From: Candidatus Eiseniibacteriota bacterium
GTDB taxonomy: Bacteria > Eisenbacteria > RBG-16-71-46
Length of the DNA: 64,000 bases
Direction of reading: 5' to 3'
NCBI GenBank assembly: GCA_963707915.1
Contig: OY970178.1
Span: forward strand, 3,264,001 to 3,328,000
Shown here: positions 31,916 through 41,296 of the stretch, one piece after another
Layout of the letters: every line of letters starts with the position of its first letter
Numbering within the stretch: position 1 is the stretch's first letter
Notes under the pieces: generated by a model
What the model was told of the DNA's origin: nothing
Databases searched by the model: none
What the model saw: the letters and a program-made list of their open reading frames with translations, nothing else
Translations under genes and position numbers: made by a program

Positions 31916-33124
31916 TCATGCCGCCGGGCGTGTGGCGGCGGCGCGCGGCCCGCCATAGCACCTCAGCGCGTAGCGCAGGCGCTTCTCGAGCGGGGCGTCG
32001 GGTGGGGCGCCGCAATGTTCCGCGACCCGGTGCGCCTCCTCCGCGCGGAGCCCGAGCGTCCGCAGCCAGGGCACCAACTCGGCCAGGTGCGGAGCCAGCT
32101 CGCGCCTCGCCGCCGGCCTACGCCGTGCATTCCCGCGCCGCGCCTCCATGAAGTCCCGTCCGAGGCTGCGCTCGGCCTCGAACTGGTTGTGGGCGCGGCA
32201 GCGCAGGCGCAGGCCCCGCACCGTCGCGCGGCCGCCCAATGCCACCGGCTCGACGTGGTCGTACTCCAGCCGCGTGCGTGCCTCGCAGCGATGTCCGCCC
32301 GCGCTCACGAACGTGCAGCGGCCGCCATCGCGCTCCCAGACCGCGCGCTTCACCTCCGCAGGGACGTGGCGGGGGTCGTCGCTTGCGCGGCAGCGGCGGG
32401 GCCGGTCGGTCTTGGCGAACTTGCGCTGCTCGAGCTGGGCGACCAGGGCCTTCAGGGCGCGGGCGAACACGGCGGCCGGATCGCCCGAGGGCACGGCGTG
32501 CCCGAGCAGGGCCTGGGCGTAGAGCAGGTCGTCGTGCGCTTCCTGGTCCATGGTGAACTGCACGGCGAAGCGCTGCGGCGCGAGGGGCGTGACCCGCGTG
32601 AGTTGCGTGGTGCTCAACTTTACTCGCTCTGGAGCGAGTAAAGTCGCGTCACACTGAACATCGCCGACCTGCTCCGGCGTATCGGAAGGCAGCGCGGTGA
32701 CGAGCGGGAGCGGTTCGGTGCGGGGGAAGCGACGGGCCAACTCCTGCTCGATCTCGGCCTTGGACCTGCCGGCGGCGGCAGCGAGCAGCTCCGCGGCGCC
32801 CGCGTCGGTGAGGCAGGGAGCGAGGAGGAGCACGGCGGTGAGGTTCAGGCGGCCGTCGGCGAGCAAGGGGAGGATGGCGGGGAAGCGTCGGGCGGTGCGC
32901 GCGACCTGGATGCGGCGGTACGCGCTGTCCTCCGAGAAGCCCAGCTGCTCGACGCACCACGCGAACATCGAGGGGTAGCCGGCTTCGGCGTAGAGCCGCC
33001 GGGCATCGACCTCCCCGAGGTGGGCGACCAGCAGGGCCGTGGTCGCGCGGTCCTGCGAGACGAGTGTCCGCAGTTCGCGCAGGAGCGCCTGGTCGGACAG
33101 GTGGGAGAGCGCGTAACGGTTCAT
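31916..33124 (-). CDS. HNH endonuclease with DUF222-like N-terminal region
   Basis: N-terminal LSHLSDQALL...HLGEVDARRLY...YPSMFAWC; C-terminal VWERDGGRCTF...RC...LEYDHVEP...LRCRAHN. Confidence 0.85.
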   Translation of the reverse strand: MNRYALSHLSDQALLRELRTLVSQDRATTALLVAHLGEVDARRLYAEAGYPSMFAWCVEQLGFSEDSAYRRIQVARTARRFPAILPLLADGRLNLTAVLLLAPCLTDAGAAELLAAAAGRSKAEIEQELARRFPRTEPLPLVTALPSDTPEQVGDVQCDATLLAPERVKLSTTQLTRVTPLAPQRFAVQFTMDQEAHDDLLYAQALLGHAVPSGDPAAVFARALKALVAQLEQRKFAKTDRPRRCRASDDPRHVPAEVKRAVWERDGGRCTFVSAGGHRCEARTRLEYDHVEPVALGGRATVRGLRLRCRAHNQFEAERSLGRDFMEARRGNARRRPAARRELAPHLAELVPWLRTLGLRAEEAHRVAEHCGAPPDAPLEKRLRYALRCYGGPRAAATRPAA

Positions 33125-33359
33125 CGACGTGACTCCGCGCGGGGGCGGGTCACGGGGGCGCTGCGAGCACATTCATATCATGCCCGTCTTCGGCCCTCGC
33201 AGCGCCCCGCAGGTCGCACGACGGGGCATGGCGGGAGAGCGAGTTCGCAACCCGGCTCGCGATCCCGTCTCCGCCCGGCAGACGGCGTCCTGCGAGCAGC
33301 GCGAACGCCCCGGCGATCGAAGCGCATCGCGAGCCCCGAAACCTGTCAAGCGAAATCGG

Positions 33360-34732
33360 TGGTTCAGACCGGGCACACTGGTAACAGATCAGACCGGGGA
33401 CATGGGTTACAGCCCGCGGGCATCATGGGTGGTTCGAGGAGGACCACACGATGCCCTGGGCGAGGACCGACTGGATGTCTGAACGAGTGAAGTTCATTGC
33501 CGCCTACCTGCAGGCGGAGGCCAGCTTCTCCGACTTGTGCCACGACTTCGGGGTCAGCCGGAAGACGGGGTACAAGTGGGTCCGTCGTTATGAGGCCGAC
33601 GGGGTCGCGGCCCTCGAGGAGATCTCACGCGCGCCGCACTCTCATCCCAACGCCGTCGCCGCCGACCTCGTGCAGGCGATCGTCGCGATCCGACGTCGCC
33701 ATCCGCGTTGGGGACCACGCAAGGTGCGGGTGGTGCTGAAGCGGGAACGGCCGCCGGTCGCGCTCCCGGCGGCCAGCACGATCGGCGACATCCTGAGGCG
33801 CAGCGGACTGGTTCGCCCGCGCCGGCGAGTCCGGCGCAGCTCACCGTACGGGGACCGGCTGCGGCAGTACGACGCACCCAACGCCGTCTGGTGTGCCGAC
33901 TTCAAGGGCCACTTCCCGCTGGGTCGCCGGGGTGAACGCTGTCATCCGCTGACCATCAGCGATGGATACAGTCGCCTGCTCCTTCGCTGCCGCGCCCTGC
34001 GTCGTCCGCTCACTCAGCATGTCCGGCGCGTCTTCGAGTCCGCTTTCACCGAATACGGCTTGCCGAGGGCGATCCGCACCGATAACGGGCCGCCGTTCTC
34101 GACGCTCGCCCCGGGCGGACTGTCGCGTCTCTCGGTCTGGTGGATCCGACTCGGGATCCGTCCCGAACGCATCATGCCAGGTCGTCCCGAACAGAACGGG
34201 CGCCACGAGCGCATGCATCGCACCTTGAAAGCCGAGACCGCCAGACCGCCGCGCTCGAGCTTCAGCGCCCAGCAACGCGCGTTCGATCGCTTCCAGACGG
34301 AGTACAACCAGGAGCGGCCGCACGAGGCGCTCGGCCAGGAGGTGCCGGCCGCGCTTTACCGCCCATCGCTTCGCTCGTACCCGCGCGAGCTCCCCGAACC
34401 AGAGTACCCGCGACACTTCGAGACCCGGGTGGCCTATCCCAACGGCGTGATCACCTTCGGCACCACGCAGTGGTACGTGAGCAACTGCCTCGTCGGCGAA
34501 CGGGTCGGACTCGAGCCCTGCGACGATGGCCGGTGGCGTGTCCACTTCGGCTGGGTGCCGATCGGACTGCTAGATCTCAAGCAGGCCACCGACCGCGGAC
34601 CCCGCCACTTTGGGCGGCTCGAACCCATCGTTGATCCTGCCTTGAGCAGACGTCGTCGCCGCCGTTATGGAAGCTAGAATGTGTTACCCATGTGCCCGGT
34701 CTGTCCTGTCACCCATGTCCCCGGTTGCTTCA
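33360..34732 (+). mobile_element. IS481-family insertion sequence
   Basis: Transposase flanked by doubled subterminal motifs (ACCGGG(C/G)ACATGGGT(A/G/T)ACA-like) in inverted orientation at 33368-33411 and 34682-34725; ends TG...CA; the left end could instead be TGT at 33344. Confidence 0.85.
33451..34677 (+). CDS. IS481-family DDE transposase
   Basis: MPW start, HTH GVSRKTGYKW, WCADFKG, IRTDNGPPF, PEQNGRHERMHRTLK, YNQERPHEAL. Confidence 0.95.
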   Translation: MPWARTDWMSERVKFIAAYLQAEASFSDLCHDFGVSRKTGYKWVRRYEADGVAALEEISRAPHSHPNAVAADLVQAIVAIRRRHPRWGPRKVRVVLKRERPPVALPAASTIGDILRRSGLVRPRRRVRRSSPYGDRLRQYDAPNAVWCADFKGHFPLGRRGERCHPLTISDGYSRLLLRCRALRRPLTQHVRRVFESAFTEYGLPRAIRTDNGPPFSTLAPGGLSRLSVWWIRLGIRPERIMPGRPEQNGRHERMHRTLKAETARPPRSSFSAQQRAFDRFQTEYNQERPHEALGQEVPAALYRPSLRSYPRELPEPEYPRHFETRVAYPNGVITFGTTQWYVSNCLVGERVGLEPCDDGRWRVHFGWVPIGLLDLKQATDRGPRHFGRLEPIVDPALSRRRRRRYGS

Positions 34733-34772
34733 GGTGGTCCAGACCGGGGGCGCCGCCGCCAGTCGGCCCCGG

Positions 34773-36227
34773 TCAGGCCTCGCCCGCCGCCCGCCACAGG
34801 CCAGCGACCGCGCGTGAGACCGCCCGCCGGGTGAGGGGCGTGGCGTCGGCCGCCGAGATCCGGACCGCGGCCTCGGGCAGCGCGTCGAGGAAGGCGTCGT
34901 TCTGCAGCCCCACGAGCACCGTCGGACCCGCGCGACAGAGCCCGCGCAGGCGCCCGATCTCGGCGTCCGCGAGCGGCACCCGGCTCGCGATCGCGACGAA
35001 CTCGACGCGGGGCCCGGCCGCCGGCTCCGCGAGCAGCAGTGGCAGGGGCACGCCGGCATTGCCCAGGCAGCCGCGGAAGGACGGGCCCTCGAGGCAGTCC
35101 GGCGCCTCCACGTGCCAGGGCAGCGCGGCCGCCGCGCGCGGCAGCCCGCCGCGGATCACCAGGCCGCGCCCGGCGATGCGCTCCAGCCGTTCCTCCCAGC
35201 CTGCCGGGGTGAGCGCCTCGAGCGGTCCCGCCAGTTCCTCCGGCGTGGGTTCCGCCCAGGCGCGGGCGAAGGTCTCGAGCCGCTCGGCGGAGGCCTCGAG
35301 GTCCACGCGGTCGAGTCGGCCGCCGGCCAGCGACTCGGCGAGCCCGGCCTGCAGGGCCGGGAGGGAGCCGTCGTCGCGCGCGACCAGCAGCAGGTCGCAG
35401 CCCGCCTCGAGCGCGAGCGTGGCGGCCTCGAGGGGCGTGCGCCCGTCGGCCGCGCCCTTCATCTCGAGCGCGTCGGTGACGCAGACCCCCTTGAACCCGA
35501 GCGTGCCGCGCAGCAGGCCGCGCACGATCGCGCGCGAGAAGGTCGCCGGGCGATCGGCGTCCAGCGCCGGGTAGAGCACGTGCGCGGTCATCACCGCCGG
35601 GGCGCCGAGCCCGGCGCGGAACGGCTCGAGGTCGCGGCGCTCGAGCGTCTCGCGATCGGCATCGCAGACCGGCAACGCCAGGTGCGAGTCGAGCGCGGTC
35701 GAGCCGTGGCCGGGGAAGTGCTTGAGGCAGCAGGCCAGCCGCGCGGCCTGGAAGCCGCGCACGGCCGCCGCGACGCCACGCGCCGCGCCTTCGGCGTCGA
35801 CCCCGTAGGCGCGCGGCCCGATGACCGGGTTCGCGGGGAGCGCGTTCACGTCGGCCACCGGCGCGAAGACCCAGTCCACCCCCAGCGCCCGCAGGCGCTG
35901 GCCGGTGACGCGTGCCGCCCACTCGATGTCGCCGGGCTGGGCCCCGCGCGCCAGCAGTGCGGCGTCGGGCGGCACCACCAGGTGGCCGCGCAGCTGCGAG
36001 ACGAAGCCGCCCTCCTCGTCCATCGCGATGAAGAGGCGGTGGGGCCGGGCCAGCTCGCGCAGGCGGACGGTCAGCCGCCGCAGGTCCGCGAGGTCGCCGA
36101 AGTCGCGCCGGAAGACCAGGATCCCGGCGGAGGGGGACGCGGCGAAATCCCGTTCCCATCCGGGCGTGAGACCGCCCTCCGGCAGGCCGACCATCATGCG
36201 TCGCGCGATCAGCTGGCGAGGTTCCAT
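34773..36227 (-). CDS. nagZ: Beta-N-acetylhexosaminidase (GH3)
   Basis: AMDEEGG, APVADV, KHFPGHG...DSH, VMTAH, TDALEM. Confidence 0.9.
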   Translation of the reverse strand: MEPRQLIARRMMVGLPEGGLTPGWERDFAASPSAGILVFRRDFGDLADLRRLTVRLRELARPHRLFIAMDEEGGFVSQLRGHLVVPPDAALLARGAQPGDIEWAARVTGQRLRALGVDWVFAPVADVNALPANPVIGPRAYGVDAEGAARGVAAAVRGFQAARLACCLKHFPGHGSTALDSHLALPVCDADRETLERRDLEPFRAGLGAPAVMTAHVLYPALDADRPATFSRAIVRGLLRGTLGFKGVCVTDALEMKGAADGRTPLEAATLALEAGCDLLLVARDDGSLPALQAGLAESLAGGRLDRVDLEASAERLETFARAWAEPTPEELAGPLEALTPAGWEERLERIAGRGLVIRGGLPRAAAALPWHVEAPDCLEGPSFRGCLGNAGVPLPLLLAEPAAGPRVEFVAIASRVPLADAEIGRLRGLCRAGPTVLVGLQNDAFLDALPEAAVRISAADATPLTRRAVSRAVAGLWRAAGEA

Positions 36228-36560
36228 GCCGCAGAAAGTGGGGGAGGCGCGCGTGGCTGTCAATCGGTCGGGTCACGGCGGCGGGGCGTCCGGCCGCGGA
36301 CTTGCCGCGCCGGTGCTCTCACCCTGCACGGCGGCGCCGAACGCGGATATGATCCCGGCTGGCGGGGCGCATCGCCCCGCGGTCCATCGGGTTGCCTGCG
36401 CGACGCCGCCCGGCGGCCCGGCGCGGACAACGCGGGATTCACGACTCCTTGACCGCCGCCGGCCCGGGTCGTTTCAGGAACGGGCGCCCGCGGCCTTAGA
36501 CTTGACGCCGGTGCTCCGATGACTCCCCGTCCCGAAGACGACTCTCGAAAGGTGTCCTGG

Positions 36561-38216
36561 ATGGCATGGTTGAGTGGCAGACGGACCGGCCCCCTCGTGG
36601 CGGCCATGGTGCTGGCGCTCCTGCTGGGCTTCGGCCTCGCCCGGGGGCTGCAGGCGACCGACGACCTGATGACCCAGCTGCACCTGTTCGGACAGGTGCT
36701 GAACGCGGTCGAGCAGAACTACGTCGAGCAGCCCGACAGCGAGAAGCTCATCCGCGGCGCCATCGACGGGATGCTGAAGACCCTCGACCCGCACTCGGTC
36801 TACGTGCCGGCCCAGCGCGCGGAGCGCATGGACGAGGAGTTCCGCGGCGAGTACTCCGGCATCGGCATCCAGTTCGAGCTGCGTGACAACGCGATCGTCG
36901 TGATCTCCCCGCTCGAGGGCACGCCGGCGTTCCGGCTCGGGCTGCGGGCCGGCGACCGGATCACCGAGGTGGACGCGAAACCGCTCGCCCGCGGCATCAC
37001 CAATGACGACGTCTTCAAGCTGCTGCGCGGCCCGGCGGGCAGCACGGTCGAGGTCACGGTGGTGCGCGACGGGGAGCCGGAGCCGGTCAAGTTCTCGATC
37101 GAGCGCGCCAAGATCCCGATCGAGAGCGTCCCCTACGCCTACATGATCCGCCCGGGCGTGGGCTACGTGCGCATCACGCGCTTCGCGGCCACGACCGGCG
37201 AGGAGCTCGAGAAGGCGCTCGCGACCCTGCACGCCGCCGGCATGAAGTCGCTGGTGATCGACCTGCGCGCCAACGCGGGCGGGCTGCTCAACCAGGCGGT
37301 GGACGTGCTCGACCAGATCGTGCCCAGCGACAAGCTGCTGGTCTACACGGTCGGCCGCATCCCCAGCGCGAACGAACGGTACCGCAGCACCGAGCGGCCC
37401 CGCGTCGCCACCGACGAGCCGCTCATCGTGCTCATCGATCACGGCAGCGCCTCGGCCTCCGAGATCGTGTCGGGCGCGGTGCAGGACCTGGACCGCGGCC
37501 TGGTGGCGGGCACCAACTCGTTCGGCAAGGGCCTGGTCCAGAACCAGATCGCGCTGGGTCCGGGCGGGGCCCAGGGCAAGCTGCTGCTCACCATCGCCAA
37601 GTACTACACGCCGAGCGGGCGGCTCATCCAGCGCGACTACGCCGGCAAGGACCGCGAGGAGTACCACGAGGAGGCCTACGAGGGTGACGTGCCGCCGGAT
37701 TCGGTGCTGGCCAAGCGGCCGCAGTTCAAGACCGCGGCCGGCCGGAAGATCTACGGCGGCGGTGGCATCTATCCCGACGTGATCCTCAAGGACGGTCCCT
37801 TCCTGACCCGGCCGCAGATCGAGATGATCCAGAAGCGGGCGTTCTTCCCGTACGCCGCGCACTACGTGACCGTGGCCCACCAGGACACGCGGTGGACGGA
37901 GGACTCGTTCGGCCCGGGCTTCACGCTGAGCGATGCCGAGTGGGCGGACCTGCGCGAGTCGATGGCCAAGAGCAAGGTGACCGTCTCGGATTCGGTCTGG
38001 CAGGCCGATCGGCCCTTCATCCTGCGCCAGTTGCGCGCGGACCTGTCCACCTCGGCGAACCTCGGGCAGACGGCGCGTTACCGGATCCTGGTCGAGAACG
38101 ATGTGCAGCTCAACGCCGCGCTCGACCTGTTCCCGCAGGCCACCAAGCTCCTGAGCCTGTCCCTGGCCCCGCCGGCGAAGGCCGCCCGGCCGGCGCGGAC
38201 GGGCGGGAAGCGCTAG
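36561..38216 (+). CDS. Carboxyl-terminal processing protease, S41 family
   Basis: LDPHS, PDZ GIGI, DLRANAGG, SASASEIV, FGKGLVQ, KYYTPSGR; start could be 36519. Confidence 0.93.
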   Translation: MAWLSGRRTGPLVAAMVLALLLGFGLARGLQATDDLMTQLHLFGQVLNAVEQNYVEQPDSEKLIRGAIDGMLKTLDPHSVYVPAQRAERMDEEFRGEYSGIGIQFELRDNAIVVISPLEGTPAFRLGLRAGDRITEVDAKPLARGITNDDVFKLLRGPAGSTVEVTVVRDGEPEPVKFSIERAKIPIESVPYAYMIRPGVGYVRITRFAATTGEELEKALATLHAAGMKSLVIDLRANAGGLLNQAVDVLDQIVPSDKLLVYTVGRIPSANERYRSTERPRVATDEPLIVLIDHGSASASEIVSGAVQDLDRGLVAGTNSFGKGLVQNQIALGPGGAQGKLLLTIAKYYTPSGRLIQRDYAGKDREEYHEEAYEGDVPPDSVLAKRPQFKTAAGRKIYGGGGIYPDVILKDGPFLTRPQIEMIQKRAFFPYAAHYVTVAHQDTRWTEDSFGPGFTLSDAEWADLRESMAKSKVTVSDSVWQADRPFILRQLRADLSTSANLGQTARYRILVENDVQLNAALDLFPQATKLLSLSLAPPAKAARPARTGGKR

Positions 38217-38233
38217 CCCGCGGCGCCGCAGCG

Positions 38234-38270
38234 GACGAAGCCCCGGTCGTCGTCCGACCGGGGCTTCGTC
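38234..38270. terminator. Hairpin between convergent genes
   Basis: Perfect 16-bp stem GACGAAGCCCCGGTCG / CGACCGGGGCTTCGTC, 5-nt loop. Confidence 0.7.
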
Positions 38271-38307
38271 ATGACGCGTCCGCCCGGGCGCGGGCGCCGG
38301 CGCCGGC

Positions 38308-39147
38308 CTAGTGCCGGGGTGGCTCGAGCTCGGTCGCGGGCGTCCGGCCCTGCAGGCGTCTCACCTGCACGCGGTCGCCCGCGCCGATACCCAGGCGCGT
38401 GGCGCAATCGCCGCCGACCTGCGCGAACTCGAGCCGCCCGCTCGAGCCCACCACGGCCACCATCGTGCCCAGCGCGTGCTCGCCATAGGAGCGCGCGAGG
38501 CCGCGGATCGTGTGGTCGAGCACCCGCACCTCGAGTTCCGGCTCGGACCGGTCGGGGAAGGCGCGCGCCAGGTCCTCGGCATCGATGTTCGTGAGCGCGT
38601 TGCCGAAGTGGTCCACGAACATGACGCAACCCAGGATCCCGTCGGGGCGGAACTCGGGCGCGGCGTGCGGCAGCCGCACCACGTCGCTGGTCTCGGGGCC
38701 CAGGCGATCGGGCGCCACTCCGCCGGCGAGGTGCGCGGCGACCGGCGCGAAGACGTCGCGGGCATGGAAGGTGCGCGAGACCGGCTGGCGGAACCAGCGC
38801 GCGCCGGTCAGGTGCCAGGCCCGGGCGTCCGGGTCTCGCAGCGCCCACTCGAGGATCCCGTTGTCGGGCCCGACGAAGACCTGCCCCCGCGCCGCCACGG
38901 CCAGTGCGCGACGCGCGGTGCCGACCCCGGGGTCCACGACCGCGAGGTGCACCGTGCCCGCGGGGAAATCGGGCGCGGCCGCCTCGAGCAGGAAGGCCGC
39001 GCGGGCGACGTGGCCGGGCGGGATGTCGTGCGTGAGGTCCACGATGTGGGCCTCGGGGCAGAGCTGGTAGAGGACGCCATGCACGACGCCCACGAACCAG
39101 TCCTTGCGGCCGAAGTCCGAGGTGAAGGTGATGATGGGACGTGCCAT
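38308..39147 (-). CDS. SAM hydroxide adenosyltransferase / chlorinase-fluorinase family (DUF62)
   Basis: TFTSDFG, DLTHDI, VVDPGVG, GPDNG, TFHARDVF, DHFGN. Confidence 0.93.
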   Translation of the reverse strand: MARPIITFTSDFGRKDWFVGVVHGVLYQLCPEAHIVDLTHDIPPGHVARAAFLLEAAAPDFPAGTVHLAVVDPGVGTARRALAVAARGQVFVGPDNGILEWALRDPDARAWHLTGARWFRQPVSRTFHARDVFAPVAAHLAGGVAPDRLGPETSDVVRLPHAAPEFRPDGILGCVMFVDHFGNALTNIDAEDLARAFPDRSEPELEVRVLDHTIRGLARSYGEHALGTMVAVVGSSGRLEFAQVGGDCATRLGIGAGDRVQVRRLQGRTPATELEPPRH

Positions 39148-39366
39148 GGCGAGCGACCTCCAGGGTGGCGCTGCTGCCGCCAATGTAGCCCATCCCGCCG
39201 CCGCCCTGCACGCGGTCCCGGCGGGGCGCGGAGATGTCCGGGAGTTGTCCAATCGACCGCGGCCGGCGCGGGCGCCGGGCCCATTCGCTGTTGGAGGCCC
39301 TTCGCGGCCCGTGCTACCATTTCGGTCCTGTCGAAGTTCCCGCTGACCCGAGAAGGAGTGGATCCC

Positions 39367-40008
39367 GTGAAGCGACTGATGATGATCCTGGTGTGCCTGG
39401 GCCTCTCGGCCGTGACGGTCGCGCCGGTGCGCGCCCAGGGCAGCGCCGGCGCTCCGGCGGTCGAGAAGACCTCCGTCGCCGCGACGCCGGTGGATTCCCT
39501 GGCGCTGCTCGAGAAGGCGGTCGCGAAGGATTCGACGCAGTTCGAGGACCTCTACCGGCTGGGCGTGATGTACCTGGACCGCGACAAGCCCTTCGCTGCC
39601 ATCACCGTGCTGACCCGGGCGCACGTGCTGCGGCCGAAGGATCACCGTGTCAGCGTCAACCTGGGCGTCGCCCACGACGCCGCCGGCCGGCCGGCCCCGG
39701 CGCAGGCCTACTACCGTGACGCGCTCGCGCAGTTCCCGGAGGATTCGGTGGCGTCGTGCCGGCTGGCGAGCTCGCTCTACTCGCAGTCCAAGCATGCCCA
39801 GGCCGTCGCGCTGCTGCAGGAGATCATCCAGAAGGCCCCGCGGGCCTACTGCGCGTACTTCACGCTCGGCGTGGCCTTCGCGGACGCCGGCATCTACAAG
39901 GACGCCATCCGGATGTGGCGGAAGGTCATCGAGCTCGCGCCCGCCTCGCCCGAGGCCAGCAGCGCCCGCGAGAGCGTGGACGTGCTGGAGAAGTTCGTCG
40001 CCCAGTAG
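39367..40008 (+). CDS. Secreted TPR protein
   Basis: AAGGAG RBS; signal peptide; TPR-like helices. Confidence 0.8.
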   Translation: MKRLMMILVCLGLSAVTVAPVRAQGSAGAPAVEKTSVAATPVDSLALLEKAVAKDSTQFEDLYRLGVMYLDRDKPFAAITVLTRAHVLRPKDHRVSVNLGVAHDAAGRPAPAQAYYRDALAQFPEDSVASCRLASSLYSQSKHAQAVALLQEIIQKAPRAYCAYFTLGVAFADAGIYKDAIRMWRKVIELAPASPEASSARESVDVLEKFVAQ

Positions 40009-40142
40009 GTCCTGCGCGGCCAGGTGCCGGTGGCCCGCCTGCGGACGGGCCCCGGCACCGGGCTCGCGCGTCGGCTCCCTCCGGTCCGGCCCGCCCGCCC
40101 GCTCGCCTTGCCTGGCCGCCCTCCCGGGGGCACTCTGACGCC

Positions 40143-41296
40143 ATGATCTACTTCGACCACAATGCCTCGACCCCGGTGCGCCCCGAGGTGGTCGAGGCCA
40201 TGCGCGCGTGCCTCGCCGACGTGTCCGCCAATCCCTCGAGCCTGCACCGCGAGGGCCAGCGCGCCCGCGCCGCGGTCGAGCACGCCCGCGAGCAGGTGGC
40301 GGCGCTGCTCCACGCCCGGCCCGACGACGTGGTCTTCACGAGCGGCGGCACCGAGGGCGACCACGCCGCGCTGATCGGCGCGGCCTGGGCGCTCGAGCCC
40401 CGGGGCCGGCGCGTCGCCTTCGCGCCGATCGAGCACCACGCCGTGCACGGCGCCGCGCAGGTGCTCGCGCGCTCGGGCTTCGCCGCCGAGCACCTGCCGG
40501 TGCTCGCGGACGGCTGGGTGCCGCCGGCGGCGGTGGACGCGCTGCCCGCGGACACCACGGTGGTCGCGGTGATGCTCGCCAACAACGAGACCGGCGTGCT
40601 GCAGCCCGTGGCGGAGATCGCGCGCCGCGCCCGCGCGCGCGGCCTGCACGTGCTGTGCGACGCGGTGCAGGCCGCCGGCAAGATCCCGGTGGACTTCGAG
40701 GCGCTGGGCGCGGACTACCTGGTGGTCTCGGGGCACAAGTTCGGCGGGCCCAAGGGCGCGGGCGCCCTGCTGGTGCGCGCGGGCGCGCCGTTCGAGCCGC
40801 TGTTCCGCGGCAGCGGCCACGAGCGCGGCCGCCGCGGCGGCACCGAGAACGTGCCCGGCATCGTCGGGCTGGGGCTGGCCGCCGAGCTGGCGGCGCGCGA
40901 ACAGCGGGCCGAGGCCGTGCGCCTGCTCGCGCTGCGGGAGCGCCTGGAGGCGGGGCTGCGGGCGGCCGTGCCCGACCTGGTCGTGCACGGCGCGCGCGCC
41001 CCCCGGCTGCCCAACACCGTGAACGTCTCGTTCCCGGGGGCGCGCAGCGATCACCTGCTGATGGCGCTCGACGCGCGCGGCATCGAGGTCTCGGCCGGCG
41101 CGGCGTGCGCCAGCGGCGCGGTCGAGCCCTCGCCGGTGCTCGCGGCCATGGGGGTCGCGCGCGAGCTGGCGGTCTGCGCCCTGCGCTTCTCGCTCGGGCG
41201 CACCACGCACCGCGGCGGAGGTCGAACAGGTCGCCGCCGCGGCGGGGGAGGCGGTGCGCGCCGCGCGGGCGGCGACGCGCGGGGGGCCACTCGTGA
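40143..41296 (+). CDS. iscS: Cysteine desulfurase (frameshift near 41210; C-terminal end uncertain)
   Basis: IYFDHNAST, FTSGGTE, NNETG, DAVQ, SGHKFGGPKG, GGTEN, SAGAACASG, RFSLG. Confidence 0.88.

Noticed and set aside
31916..33124. IscB/Cas9-like nuclease
   Set aside because: No PLMP or split RuvC motifs; only a C-terminal HNH domain.
38308..39147. Fluorinase/chlorinase implying halometabolite synthesis
   Set aside because: Housekeeping context and DUF62-type motifs fit the widespread SAM hydrolase; no biosynthetic cluster nearby.
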